64,000 bases of DNA from Eledone cirrhosa. Lineage: Eukaryota. How positions within the stretch are numbered: the stretch's first letter is position 1; every line of letters starts with the position of its first letter. A program made the translations under genes and the position numbers. Below are positions 42,333-57,185 of the stretch, piece by piece. Location: contig OZ024747.1 of assembly GCA_964016885.1 (NCBI GenBank), positions 19,220,001 to 19,284,000 on the forward strand, written 5' to 3'. Below the pieces are notes generated by a model. It saw nothing but the letters and a program-made list of their open reading frames with translations, was not told the origin of the DNA and ran no database searches.

Positions 42333-42931
42333 TGCTACTGGTAACATGTATCCCAGTACAACCTGTCTCATGGTCGGGTTTGTTGGCGACTAAACTGGCA
42401 ACCCCACCAAGGTTTCTTGGTGAGGAGAGTGACTTTGGACATCCTGCAGGACTAAAAACAAAACCTCTCAAAGGGCAAAGGAGTTCTTAAGAGTCAATGG
42501 CCATCCAAAATCACCGGGAGAGATGACCCCTTAGCCTTTGTCAAGGCAGAATTCTAGGATAAGGAAAACTCTGATATAACACCTGCAACCCTGATGGTAT
42601 CCAATGATGTTGACTTGTTCTTCTTTTCGGTAAATATCATCTTGGTTAAGAGAGTGGGACTGGCTTTGTGCAGTGCCTTTGCTCACTATAAAAGCTTCAC
42701 GGCACAGGCATTGCCTTATATCTGGAGATCTCTCTGCACTTCTCGTCACATGGTACCATGGGCCCAGAACTATGTGTCAATAATTGTCACAAGTGTGGTG
42801 TTTGTACCAGAGTTTTCAAGTCGCTGGCTGGACTAAAAAGTCACACTTGTTCAGCGCATCGGTAGGGGTTCTCCTACATGGATATAAAGTAGTGGCTGTA
42901 CTCGAAAACGAGTTGGCAGCCACCACCATCT
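42333..42931 (+). mobile_element. Internally deleted (bipartite) RTE-like LINE derivative in (TATG)n
   Basis: The 5' part is shared with ~52148-52320 and contains aaggaaaactctga. The 3' part encodes C2H2-like HKCGVCTRVFKSLAGLKSHTCSAHR* (42788-42865), then a short UTR and (TATG)n. Confidence 0.6.
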
Positions 42932-43168
42932 ATGCATGTATGTATGTATGTACATATGTATGTGTGTATGCATGTATGCATGTATGTATTCTATAATTAT
43001 GTGTATATAGAGAGAAGTGTCGTATTTCACCAGAAAATATTGCGTGATATGAAAATTGCATTAATATTCATTTCATTATCTGTTTTTTACTTTATTTATC
43101 CAGTCATTTTTCTGTGTGGTCTTTTTGTAGCAATTTCCTACAAATTTTCTAATTTTAGTCCCCGCCAT

Positions 43169-43223
<55 letters not shown>

Positions 43224-43259
43224 TGTGTGTGTGTGTATATATTTATATATGTATCTATG

Positions 43260-43398
<139 letters not shown>

Positions 43399-43639
43399 GT
43401 GTATATATATATATATATGTATATATGTATGCATATGTATGTATATATATATATATATATATTTATCTATGTATGTATATATGTTTGTGTTTTCCTGTGT
43501 TTGTGTGCGTGTTTGTGTCCCAATTTTTTTCTTCACTCCTCACTCATATATTTATTCCATCAATCCACCAAAATCTGACACCAAACCCTTCTATAATGTG
43601 GAGCTAAGATCTAGTACCACTGCTACCACTTACCCCACC

Positions 43640-43686
<47 letters not shown>

Positions 43687-43786
43687 AACTACTACTACCA
43701 CCACCACCACCACCACCACCACCACCACCACCACCACCACCACCACCACCACTACTACTACTACTACTACCACCACCACCACCACC

Positions 43787-43883
<97 letters not shown>

Positions 43884-44140
43884 GTTCATGTTATTCTATC
43901 GAACTATTTTTTGTATTTATCCGGCTAATGTCTGCTTATAAGTAGAAAGAAATTTACTGAAATTGTGTTTGTCCCTTTTCTATGATATGGAATAGTGATA
44001 TATATTTCTAAGAATATCCTCTGTCGCATGGAAACTGACGGAAACTAGTAATTGTCTCGTCTTACAAAACAACAGTACACAACAACAACGGAACCTATAT
44101 GCGGTCACATGAACTGCTATTACTAGCAGCATAATCTCCT

Positions 44141-44650
44141 CGGCGAATTAGCAGAGTCGTTAAGACGTCGGGTAGAATGTTTTACAGTATTCATCCTACA
44201 CCATGGCGTGCTCCGAGTTCAAATCCCGTCGTAGTCAACTTTGCCTTTCATTCTTTCGAGGTCGATAAAAAAAATACCAGTCTAGTATTGGGGTCGATTC
44301 TTCCTCTATAGAAAAAAAGATCGGCTGTGTTCAGACTTGGAGAGGTTTGGGCCCCGCTAGGTTTAAAAAGTGCCCAAGACACTCCATTTGACGGTGTCTC
44401 TACGACTCCACAGGAGTCATGGGATCTTTATCCTTATCAAATCCCGTTGTGGTCAAATTTGCCTTTCATCCTTTCGAGGTCGATAGAAGAAGTACTAGTG
44501 CAGTACTGGGGGTCGCTTCGTCCTCTATAGAAAAAAATCGGATGTGTTCAGACCTGGAGAGGGTTGGGCTCCGCCAGGTTTAAAAGTACCCAAGACCTAC
44601 TGTTTGACGGTAACTTTACGACTCCACAGGAGTCATGGGATCTTTGTCCT
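44141..44650 (+). mobile_element. SINE (alternative-tail subfamily) with tandem partial second copy
   Basis: B-box gagttcaaatccc, core and tail; repeated from ~44436. Confidence 0.8.
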
Positions 44651-45699
44651 TTATGATACTCTTCATATTCGGCTTTAAAAGCATATATATGAAGAATTAT
44701 TCTTCATATATATGCTTCATAACTAATATGAATTCTTCGAGAATTCATATTAGTTACGATGTGATAATATATTATTGTACAATGCGTTCGGTTATAAGTC
44801 TACTCGATAAGTGTTGATCTGGCGTTAAACAACACTGTGTTTTGGGAGATGAGAATCTGTATATATTTTGAAGACATGTTTGAGGCATTTGCTGTAAATT
44901 GGATATAGGTTGTGAAGCTTTTTTAGTAGGCTGCTCCACGTTACCATCATGATTATCATCATCATCGTTGTCCCCCTCCCCATCCTCCGCTTCCCCACTC
45001 ATCCTCATCTTTCTCCCTCTTCTCCCTCTCCTCTCCTCCTGTTTCTCTTTCCCTCCACTTCCCCCCCCTTGCCCTCATCATCATCATCGTCATCATCATC
45101 ATCATCACCATCATCGCCATCATCACCATCATCACCATCATCACCATCATGATCATGATCATGATCATGATCATCATCATCATCATCATCATCATCATCT
45201 CCCTCAGGCATATTCAACTATATATCCCTCCTTACCTCGCTCCCATTCTCTATGCTTTGTTAAATTTAGATTTTAATAAAAACTCCAACAGAAATTATTA
45301 CCAGATTTTTCGTTGTTCACTGAAGTCTCGGAACAGAGGAAGAAAAAACATTAGTTAATTGCCTTCTTCTTCTTCTTCTTCTTCTTCTTCTTCTTCTTCT
45401 TCTTCTTCTTCTTCTTCTTCTAAATAAATAAATAAATAAACAAATAAACAAATAAAACATTATTATTAATCCTTTTCTGCGATTTTTTTAAAATTCATTT
45501 TCAGGGTTGCTTTTTCTTTTACAACTAAAATTTGGCAAATGCTTCTAACAATATTTTTTGCTAATATATTTTTTCAAAATATTTCCTTTCTCAAGAATTT
45601 TTTCTGTTCTGTATTTTTTCTCTCTGGGTCTTCATATCTTTCCTTGTTCTTTTATTGCAGCCCAGAAATTTCCGAAGAAATTAAATGCAACAAAACCTT

Positions 45700-46065
45700 C
45701 ATTATATAATTTTATTTTTAATTTTATATATTTTATTTTTCTATATTTTATATTTTTCTATATTATATTTTTTTCTATATTTTATTTTTTTCTATATTTT
45801 ATTTTTCTATATTTTATTTTTTTCTATATTTTATATTTCTATATTTTATTTTTCTATATTTTATTTTTCTATATTTTATTTTTCTATATTTTATTTTTCT
45901 ATATTATATTTTTATCTATATTTTATTTTTCTATATTTTATTTTTATATATTTTATTTTTATCTATATTTTATTTTTATATATTTTATTTTTCTATATTT
46001 TATTTTTCTATATTTTATTTTTCTATATTTTATTTTTCTATATTTTATTTTTTTCTATATTTTAT
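45700..46065. repeat. AT-rich ~18-bp minisatellite (TTTTCTATATTTTATTTT)n
   Basis: Directly visible tandem units. Confidence 0.85.
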
Positions 46066-47048
46066 TCGCTTTGCTTTGTATTTGTTATTTTTTAATGTAT
46101 GTTTTATATTTGTATGGATATATTATTTATTTATTTATTAATTTATTTATTTACTGATATTATTAATTTATATAGTTATTCCTAACATTTCATATGATTC
46201 TGTTAATGTTTTATAATTAATACAGGTAGTTATTTTTTCTTTGGTTTGTTTGTTTGTCATATTTCTTTCTCATGTTAGATTATTTTATTATTTTCATTCG
46301 ATTCAAAGCTCAGCTTCTGTCTAAAACCGATGAAGATGGTGACGAAGTGATGATTGGTGAAACGGAAAAAGCGGGAAGTGGGTATGGAGAGAAAATAAGG
46401 AAGCAAACGAGAACGGAAGCAATGAAGAAGAAAATGACGAAGATGTAGGAGAAGATGGGAAGGTGATAATGGCGATGATGATGTTGACAACGACTCTGAC
46501 GACTCTGACGACTCTGACGACTCTGACGACTCTGACGACGATGGTGATGGTGGTGATGGTGATGATGATGTTGACAACGACTCTGACGACTCTGACGACT
46601 CTGACGACGATGGTGATGGTGGTGATGATGGTGATGGTGATGATGATGTTGACAACGACTCTGACGACTCTGACGACGATGGTGATGGTGGTGATGATGG
46701 TGATGGTGATGATGATGTTGATGGTGATGTTATATGGTTATGAATATGATGTTGATGGTGATAATGTTGATGATGTTGGTAATGATGATGATGATCAAGA
46801 TGAAGATGATGATGATGATGTTGATGATGATGATCTTGATGGTGACCTTGAAGTTGTTGTTGATGATGATGATGATGATGATGAAGATGATGATGATGAT
46901 GATGGGGATGATGATGGGGATGATGATGGTGATGGTGAAGATGATGTTGGTCGCGATAACGGCGTTGATGAAAACGAGGATGTTGATGTTAATATTGATG
47001 ATGCTGATGGTGATGATAATGAGAATGAAGATGATGATGATATTGGTA

Positions 47049-47080
<32 letters not shown>

Positions 47081-47149
47081 ATGAAAGGAAAGAATATATT
47101 TCTGGAAAGAATTTTCGATTATTTCCGCCAACAAACCCCCAATGGTAAC

Positions 47150-50100
47150 TCCCACCATCACCCCACCATAACCCCACCATCACCTCACCATAACCCCACC
47201 ATCACCTCACCATCACCTCACCATCACCTCACCATCACCTCACCATCACCTCACCATCACCATCACCCCACCATCACCTCACCATCACCTCACCATCACC
47301 TCACCATCACCTCACCATCACCATCACCCCACCATCACCTCATCATCACCTCACCATCACCTCACCATCACCCCCACCATCACCTCACCATCACCTCACC
47401 ATCACCTCACCATCACCTCACCATCACCTCACCATCACCTCACCATCACCCCCACCATCACCTCACCATCACCTCACCATCACCTCACCAACACCCCACC
47501 ATCACCTCACCATCACCTCACCATCACCTCACCATCACCTCACCATCACCTCACCATCACCCACTATCACCTCACCATCACTTCTCCATCACCTCACCAT
47601 CACCCCCACTATCACCTCACCATCACTTCACCATCACCTCACCATCACCCCCACCATCACCTCACCATCACTTCACCATCACCTCACCATCACCTCACCA
47701 TCACCAACACCCCACCATCACCTCACCATCAGCCCCACCATCACCTCACCATCACCTCACCATCACCTCACCATCACCCCCACCATCACCTCACCAGCAC
47801 CCCACCATCACCTCATCATCACCTCACCATCACCTCACCATCACCTCACCATCACCTCACCATCACCTCACCACCACCTCACCATCACCCCACCATCACC
47901 TCACCATCACCTCACCATCACCCCACCATCACCTCACCATCACCCCACCATCACCCCACCATCACCTAACCATCACCCCACCATCACCTCACCATCACCT
48001 CACCATCACCTCACCAACACCCCACCATCACCTCACCATCACCTCACCATCACCTCACCATCACCTCACCATCACCTCACCATCACCCACTATCACCTCA
48101 CCATCACTTCTCCATCACCTCACCATCACCCCCACTATCACCTCACCATCACTTCACCATCACCTCACCATCACCCCCACCATCACCTCACCATCACTTC
48201 ACCATCACCTCACCATCACCTCACCATCACCAACACCCCACCATCACCTCACCATCAGCCCCACCATCACCTCACCATCACCTCACCATCACCTCACCAT
48301 CACCCCCACCATCACCTCACCAGCACCCCACCATCACCTCATCATCACCTCACCATCACCTCACCATCACCTCACCATCACCTCACCATCACCTCACCAT
48401 CACCTCACCATCACCCCACCATCACCTCACCATCACCTCACCATCACCCCACCATCACCTCACCATCACCCCACCATCACCCCACCATCACCTAACCATC
48501 ACCCCACCATCACCCCAACATCACCTCACCATCACCCCCACCATCACCTCACCAGCACCCCACCATCACCTCACCATCACCTCACCATCACCTCACCATC
48601 ACCTCACCATCATCTCACTATCACCTCACCATCACCCCACCATCACCCACCATCACCTAACCATCACCCCACCATCACCCCACCATCACCTAACCATCAC
48701 CCCACTATCACCCCACCATCACCTCACCATCACTCCACCATCACCTCACCATCACCTCACCATCACCTCACCATCACCACACCATCACCCCACCATCACC
48801 CCACCATCACCTCACCATCACCCCACCATCACCTCACCATCACCCCCACCATCACCTCACCATCACCCCACCATCACCTCACCATCACCTCAACATCACC
48901 TCACCATCACCTCAACATCACCATCACCCCACCATCACCTCACCATCACCTCACCTTCACCCCACCATCACCTCACCATCACCTCACCATCACCTCACCA
49001 TCACCCCACCATCACCTCATCATCACCTCACCATCACCTCACCATCACCTCACCATCACCCCACCATCACCTCACCATCACCTCACCATCACCCCACCCT
49101 CACCCCACCATCACCTCACCATCACTCCACCATCACCTCACCATCACCTCACCATCACCCCACCATCACCCCACCATCACCTCACCATCACCCCACCATC
49201 ACCTCACCATCACCCCCACCATCACCTCACCATCACCTCACCATCACCTCACCATCACCTCACCATCACCTCAACATCACCTCACCATCACCTCACCATC
49301 ACCTCACCATCACCCCACCATCACCTCACCATCACCTCACCATCACCCCACCATCAACTCACCATCACCCCACCATCACCTCATCATCACCTCACCATCA
49401 CCTCACCATCACCTCATCATCACCTCACCATCACCTCACCATCACCCCACCATCACCTCATCATCACCTCACCATCATCTCACCATCACCTCACCATCAC
49501 CCCACCATCACCTCACCATCACCTCACCATCACTCCACCATCACCTCACCATCACCTCACCATCACCTCACCATCACCTCACCATCACCTCACCATCACC
49601 CCACCATCACCTCACCATCACCTCACCATCACCTCATCATCACCTCACCATCACCTCACCATCACCCCACCATCACCTCACCATCACCTCACCATCACCT
49701 CACCATCACCCCACCATCACCTCATCATCACCTCACCATCACCTCACCATCACCTCACCATCACCCCACCATCACCTCACCATCACCTCACCATCACCCC
49801 ACCATCACCTCACCATCACCTCACCATCACCTCACCATCACCCCACCATCACCTCATCATCACCTCACCATCACCTCACCATCACCTCACCATCAAGTCA
49901 CCATCACCTCACCATCACCTCACCATCACCTCACCATCACCCCACCATCACCTCATCATCACCTCACCATCACCTCACCATCACCTCACCATCACCCCAC
50001 CATCACCTCACCATCACGTCACCATCACCCCACCATCACCTCACCATCACCTCACCATCACCTCACCATCACCTCACCATCACCCCACCATCACCTCACC

Positions 50101-50265
50101 ATCACCTCACCATCACCCCACCATCACCTCATCATCACCTCACCATCACCTCACCATCACCTCACCATCACCCCACCATCACCTCACCATCACCTCACCA
50201 TCACCCCACTATTACCTCACCATCACCCCACCATCACCTCATCCTCACCCCACCATCACCTCACC
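47150..50265. repeat. 3.1-kb 11-bp satellite (CACCATCACCT/C)n
   Basis: Tandem caccatcacct/caccatcaccc units; the source of the spurious 1268-aa ORF. Confidence 0.95.
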
Positions 50266-50389
50266 ATGATGATGGTGGTGTTGGTGATGATGATGGTGTT
50301 GGTGATGGTGATGTTGGTGTTGATGATGAAGACGATGGTGTTGATGATGATGATGTTGATGATGATGATGATATTGGTGACAATGCTGC

Positions 50390-50433
<44 letters not shown>

Positions 50434-50700
50434 TGGATGATGAAAATAATGATGATGATGATGATGATGATTATAATAATGATGATTATGATGGTGTGGG
50501 TTGATGATGATGATATTGGTGACAATGCTGCTGCTGCTACTACTGCTGCTGCTGCTGCAGCTGTTGATGATGATGGTGTGGATGATGAAAATAATGTTGA
50601 TGATGATGATGATGATGATGATGATTATGATGGTGTGTGTTGATGATGATGATGGTGTATGACGGCAATACTGTTGGTGATAATGGTAATGATGATGGTA

Positions 50701-50743
<43 letters not shown>

Positions 50744-52019
50744 CGCTGATGATGATGACGATGATGATGATGGACAGAGAAGATGAAGTAAAGAAAACAA
50801 AGGTAATATTAAAACAAAATTGAATAAAATACAAAGAGAAAATAGAGGAGAGGCAAACCATAATACTCTCCAGTTGGTTGTCAATGGCTACAACAATGGC
50901 GGTGGTTAGGATGATAGTAGTGAAGGTGATGGTGGTGGTGGTGGTGGTGGTGGTGGTAGTGGTGGTGGTGGTGATGGTGGAGATGGTGGTGGTGTTGATG
51001 GTAGTGGTGGTGATGATGATGGTGGAGATGGTGGTGGTGGTGGTGGTGATGGTGGAGATGGTGGTGGTGTTGATGGTGGTGGTGGTGATGATGATGGTGG
51101 TGATGGTGGTGGTGATGGTGGTGGTGGTGGAGATGGTGGTGGTGTTGATGGTGGTGGTGGTGATGATGATGGTGGTGATGGTAGTGGTGGTGGTGATGGT
51201 GAGATGGTGGTGGTGTTGATGGTGGTGGTGGTGGTGATGGTGAGATGGTGGTGGTGTTGATGGTGGTGGTGGTGATGATGATGGTGGTGATGGTGGTGGT
51301 GATGGTGGTGGTGGTGATGGTGGAGATGGTGGTGGTGGTGGTGGTGGTGGTTGTGGTGATGGTGGAGATGGTGGTGGTGTTGATGGTGGAGATGGTGGTA
51401 GTGGTGATGGTGATGGTGGAGATGGTGGAGGTGGTGGTGATGGTGATGATGATGATGGTGGTGGTGATGGTGGAGCTGGTGGTGGTGGTGATGATGATGG
51501 TGGTGATGGTGGAGATGATGGTGATAGTGGTGGTGGTAGTGGTGGTGGTGGTGATGCGGGAGGTGGTGGTGGTGATGATGGTGGTGAAGATGATGATGAT
51601 GATGAAGACGCTGATGATAATAATGAAGAAGAAGAAGAAGAAGAAGAAGGAGGAGGAGGATGAGGAGGAGGTGAATTATGTTGAGGAAGAGGATGAGGAG
51701 GAAAATATTGATTGTAATGCCTGAAGTGCTTGATGAAGAAGATGACGACGACGACGACGACGATGATGATGATGGTGATGGTGGTGATAGTGGTGGTGGT
51801 GGTGGTGGTGGTGATGATGATGATGATGATGATTATGAAGATGATGATCATGATGATCATGATGAAGATTCTGATGATCATGATTATGATGATCATGATC
51901 ACGATCATGACGATGATGATGATGATGATTATGATGATGATTATGATGATGATTATGATGATGATGATCAAATTGATGAAGATGTTGCTGAAAATCATAA
52001 TAATGATGTTGTTGATGAA

Positions 52020-52600
52020 ACCAGTCAGTTCCGATGGTAAAAACCTACAGTCATACCAGGCAACCACCTGGTTGAGTACTACTCTACAGACTGCTACACA
52101 TCAGATCACACTGATTAAGTAACTCTATGATCAAGTCACTCTTGAGTGCTACTGGTAGCATGTAACCCAGTACAACCTGTCGCATGGTCGGGTCGTCGGC
52201 GACTAAACCGGCAACCCCACTAAGCTTACTTGGCGAGGAGGGTGATTTTGGACACCCTGTAGGCCAAAAAACAAAACCTGACAAAGGGCAGAAGAACTCA
52301 TAAGAGTCAATGGCCGTCTAAAAAAAAAAAAAAATCCTGCCAAATCAATGGGTGGCAGTAGTTCCAGCTGCACGCATCGAATGACTAGTGAGAACAATAC
52401 GGCTTTGCAGATGATCAATGTAAATGGACAATGGAAAGGCGCTCCCGCTCGAGATAGAAAATAACTATTGACCCTCAGGAGTAGCAGCGGCCCCTGATTG
52501 TATTCAGCAACCGAAACAAATATGAAGTACACCAAATCCAATGATTCTAGGGGCGGCCCTGGTTCTTCTTATTTGCGAGTGTAAACTCGGTCAGATTAGA
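52020..52600 (+). mobile_element. 5' region of the RTE-like LINE family also seen at 42333
   Basis: tgctactggtagcatgtaacccagtacaacctgtc...gagtcaatggcc matches 42333-42502. Confidence 0.5.
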
Positions 52601-52736
52601 TAGATTAGATTAGATGATCAAAGCATTGCAGCCGTGACCATCTCACCTTTTTATTTGAAGGTTATTCGGTTGTTATTTCTAGAAGATCGAGTGGCAACGC
52701 CATTATCATTGCCCAACTTAAATAAATTCCTGGAAA

Positions 52737-53065
52737 GCGGCGAATTGGAAGAGTTTACAAAAATGTCAACCAGAAGGCTTTGTAATATTCGTTCCAGTTT
52801 TCTGGTCTCTGAGTTCAACTCCCGCCGAAGTCCACTTCGCCTTTCATCCTTTCGAGGCCGATAAATAAAGTACCAGTACTGTACTAAGGTCATTTTTCTT
52901 CTATATCTACTCACTGCCTTTTTTTCGCTATTTCTCTATTTCTGGAAGAAATCAGCTGTGTTCAGACCTGAGGAGTGAAAGGGTTCGCTAGATTTACATG
53001 CCAAAGACACGCTGAAAATGCTCAGGACCCGCGCCCTTACGACTCTATCCGGGGTTATGGATCCA
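52737..53065 (+). mobile_element. Diverged SINE (alternative-tail subfamily)
   Basis: gagttcaactccc B-box, cctttcatcctttcgaggccgataaa core and gaaatcagctgtgttcagac tail. Confidence 0.75.
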
Positions 53066-53237
53066 TACATGCAACTAGGTTTCTGGAGGAACGTATGCTC
53101 TCCAAAACAGTCCCCTAAGTCCAGATTCTTTGGATATGGGTTCAAATATCCTTCAAGTATTTTGATATGTTAGTATGCATCAGTGATGAATTCTAGGTAT
53201 CCGAATTGGGAATAAATATCAGACTTGAGGTCCACTA

Positions 53238-53427
53238 GGGCGGTGAATTGGCAGTATCAGTAGAGGGTCGGACGCCATGCTTTCCAGTATAGTTACGTCC
53301 CTTTACGGTCTGAGTTCAAATCCAGCCGAGGTTGACTTTGCCTTTCATCCTTACGGGGTCGATAAAATAAAGTACCAGTAATGTACTGGGTAATTGCTGG
53401 CCTTGTGCCAAAAGTAGAAACAACTAT
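53238..53427 (+). mobile_element. tRNA-derived SINE, complete copy
   Basis: A-box TGGCAGTATCAG, B-box GAGTTCAAATCC, core GCCTTTCATCCTTACGGGGTCGATAAAATAAAGTACCAG (resembles the Meta/MESC-type SINE core from memory; not verified). Confidence 0.9.
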
Positions 53428-53867
53428 GTTCATCTACTATTGATAGAAATAGTTTATCATAGACAAGTCAAGCATTTCATTCTATTAAGTCTCCGAGTAT
53501 AAATCTTTAATCTTGTATATTTGGTAAGGGTGTATGTTTTCTTTTTGATTTCTGGCTTTTGTTACTGCTATTGTCGTTGTTGATGATACGATCGCTATTT
53601 TTGTTCTTTTTGTGCTTGTTTTCTTTATATAAATGTCTAATATTATGAAGCACCTGAATAAAAGCAATGCAAATTTGATGTCTGCAAAGGAAGCGGTAAT
53701 TGATACTGAAAACATATGAAATAATGTTATATGAAATGTTAATCCATGTTATGGGAGAAATCGGGAATACAAAGGGACAGTTATTCAGAGGTAGTTAGAC
53801 AGATAGATAGCCAGATGAATAGAGGAATAGAGAGATTGAGAAAGATACAAATAAATACATAGAGAGG

Positions 53868-53903
<36 letters not shown>

Positions 53904-54910
53904 TGTAGTAGTAAAAGAGAGAGAGAGAGAGAGAGACATAAAGTAAACGGGACCTTAAGAATACAGAGAGAAATCCGAGAAAGAGGGGAGGGAGGAAGAA
54001 AGAGAGTAAGAGATATAGAGAAATGTTGAAAAATAAAAAGAGAAGATGAAGAGGGAAAGAGTGTTATCGAAAAGTAAACAGAATTTATAAAGAGAAAAGC
54101 GAGAAAGAGAAGGAAAAAAGAAAAGATATATCAATGAAATGAGAGAGTTACTTAGAAGTAAGGGATAAACAACAAGAGATAGATAGATAGATAGAGAGAG
54201 AGTTAGATAGATAGAGTAAGTAATGTAGAAAGTGAGAGAAATATCGAGAAGGAAATATGAGGTAGAAGATAAAAAGAAAATAAGAGGAAAAAGCAAAGAT
54301 TTCGTCAGTTAGAAGAGAAAAAAATAATTAGGCGAGATAGATAGATAGATAGAGAGAGAGGAAGAGAGAGAGAGAGAGAGAAATAGAGATAGATAGATAG
54401 ATAGATAGAGAGAGAGAAATAGATAGAGAACTAGAGAGAAAAAAGACAAGAAAAAAGAGATTGATAGTTCATATATCTTCGAGCAGATAATGGAAATAAT
54501 GGCGGTGGTAGGATAGAGGTAAAGGGTTATTTTTGCCATTAAAGATCTAAAATAGATTTGTCGTGTCAACCGACAAGTTGGAAAGGAAAGAGAGATGGAA
54601 GGGTTAATCCTCTGATTTAAGATGTTTGTTTTAAATGTCTTTCTTGTGTTAAGCTACTCACTCAGCAAATGGGAGCGAGATCATATATTCAACTGGCCGT
54701 ACGTACGATGGAGAAGAAGAAGGAGAAGCGGAGAAGCGTGAAGTTCAATCTTTAACCATGATATCGCTGATTGGATGTCTAAGAAGATTTACTGAGTTAA
54801 TCGGGCTTTTAATTTGGTCTTTTAAAAGAAATTTGCAATTTCGAGTCAGTTCACTAATCCGGGGCTTGTTTACATTCCTAATATGAGTATTATTATTATC
54901 TTAGTATTAA

Positions 54911-55296
54911 GGGCGATGGATTGGTAGAGTCGTTAGAACGTCGGACAAATATGTAGGAGTATTTGTTCAGGCTCTTTACTTACCGAATTCAAATCCCGCC
55001 GAGGTCAACTCTGTCATATATTTTTCCGAGGTAAATAAAATAAAGTACCAGTCCAATACTGTGGTCGATATTTAATCGATTTTCTCCTTCCTCCAATTAG
55101 AAATTATTATTGGCAGTATCGGTAGAGGGTTGGACGTCATGCTTTCTAGCATAGTTACGTCCCTTTACGGTCTGAGTTCAAATCCCGTCGAGGTTAACTT
55201 TGCCTTTCATCCTTACGGGGTCGATAAAATAAAGTAATTGTAATTGCTGATAAAGTAATGTAATAGCTGGCATTGTGTCAAAAATAGAAACAATTA
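54911..55296 (+). mobile_element. Two tandem SINE copies (54911-55109; 55110-55296)
   Basis: Two B-boxes (gaattcaaatccc, gagttcaaatccc) and two cores. Confidence 0.82.
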
Positions 55297-55310
55297 CGAT
55301 CGAGGATTAT

Positions 55311-55454
55311 AACGTGTACGAATTCTGAAGAAACAAATCAAAACAACCTGAGTTACCGCCCTTTTTTAAAAATGTGGGCACGAATGTAAATTAGCGCCTG
55401 ATGATGAGCCATATCTCATACGGCCCGCTTCTCGAAAAAGGTTGCCCATGCCTG
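55311..55454. mobile_element. Partial copy of the hAT MITE (right end)
   Basis: Matches 9558-9710 and ends AGGTTGCCCATGCCTG. Confidence 0.85.
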
Positions 55455-55880
55455 CTCTAAAAGATGAAAGCATGATAGGAATTCAGAATATAAAGAACTG
55501 GAAGAAATACCGCAAAGCCTTTTGCCAGACACTCTAACATATATGTCTGTCTACCGCTCTTTCTTAGCGTTCATAATGAGTTACTGTGGTGGTGTGCAAG
55601 CAGTTCTTGACTTCGAGGTATATTGCTGACAATTTTTGGATTTACTTTATTTTATTAACTCCTCTGTGTTGGTCATAGTCATTCGCCGAATATCTATATT
55701 CAAGTTTCGTATGCTCATCCATAGATATACGTATGTTTCGTATGCTCACCCATAGATATGTGTATAAGTTTGTGTGGATATGAGTGCTCACCACACGCAC
55801 ACACACACACACACACAGACACAAACTCTTTCACACATACACACACACACGCACGCACACATATTCACTCACATACCCAC

Positions 55881-55916
<36 letters not shown>

Positions 55917-56391
55917 GCACACATATTCACTCACATACCCACTCTTTCACACACACACACACACACGCACGCACGCACACATATTCACTCACATACCCAC
56001 TCTTTCACACACACACACTCTTTCACACACACATACACACACTCTTTCACAGACACACAGACACACACACACGCACACACACTCTCTCTCACACACGCAG
56101 ACATAAATTTTCGAATGTGAATGTGAATGTGTGTATGTTTGGTCTTTGTCTTTGTGTGTATGTGTGCGTCTGTGTATGTGTGCGTGTGTGCATGTGTGCG
56201 TGTGTGTATGTGTGCAAATGTGTATTTTCACAAATTTCAATTTCACATGTGTCTCCACGTGGTTATCCTTACTGATTAACCTTCCATTATGGGATCATCC
56301 CTACTCTAACTCGAATTATGGTTTTAATCATGGAAAGGAGGAGGAGGAGGGGGAGGAGGAGGAGGAGAAGATAGAAGAAGAGAAGTAGAAA

Positions 56392-56430
<39 letters not shown>

Positions 56431-56590
56431 AAGAAGAAGATAGAAAAAGAAGAAGAAGAAGAAGAAGAAGAAGAAGATGAAGAAGAAATGGAGAGAGCAT
56501 CCCGACTGTGGCGCCAAACGGCTTCAGTTGGTGTGTACTCCCATGATTAGTGGTCTCCCCGGTTTCAGCGCCCCCCTCTCTCTATCTCTA

Positions 56591-56648
<58 letters not shown>

Positions 56649-56851
56649 CAAACTTGATATATATATATATATATATATACTATATATATATATACTATAT
56701 ATATATATACTATATATATATATATACTATATATATATATATACTATATATACTATATATATATCAAGTTTAATATAGAAATGGCTTCTACAGTAGTAGA
56801 ACATTTTCATTCAAGTAGCCATTCCTATATTAAATTTGATGTTTAAACTCT

Positions 56852-57002
56852 ACAAGGCCATCAATTATCCCAGTGCATTACTGGTACTTTATTTTATCGA
56901 CCTGGTAAGGATGAAAGGCAACGTTAACCTCGGCGGGGGATTTCAACTCAGATCATAAGGGGCCGTAACTCTATGCTGCAAAGCATGGTGTCCGACCCTC
57001 TA
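56852..57002 (-). mobile_element. SINE inserted into a family A fold-back element remnant (56765-57045)
   Basis: SINE core and B-box; flanks match the family A HHR arm and tail (gtattgaatacttta..ctgtggttacctcc). Confidence 0.75.
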
Positions 57003-57125
57003 GTATTGAATACTTTACTAACTGTGGTTACCTCCCGATTGGACTCGAGACTGGAAGAAATCGCCAGTATTCAGAATTGGAGAGGTTATGGACTCCGCCA
57101 GGTTTAAAGTGCACCCCACGGCTCT

Positions 57126-57185
<60 letters not shown>

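Noticed and set aside
46463-50269. 1268-aa ORF (Asp-rich then HHHLTITSPSP repeats)
   Set aside because: Translation of (GAT)n and an 11-bp satellite lacking stop codons; the period is not a multiple of 3; no domain content.
52195-52260. GAGGAGGGT reminiscent of a twister ribozyme 3' end in the RTE-like 5' UTR
   Set aside because: The required upstream twister elements (UAAC.CCGCC, GUCCCAAGC) were not found.
53238-53330. tRNA gene-like A/B boxes
   Set aside because: No cloverleaf, and they continue into a multi-copy SINE core; these are SINE heads.
54663-54779. Possible minus-strand exon (cttcttag ... gtgagt) reading IQSAISWLKIEL in one frame
   Set aside because: All three frames stop within the segment and no partner exons were found; would need RNA-seq.
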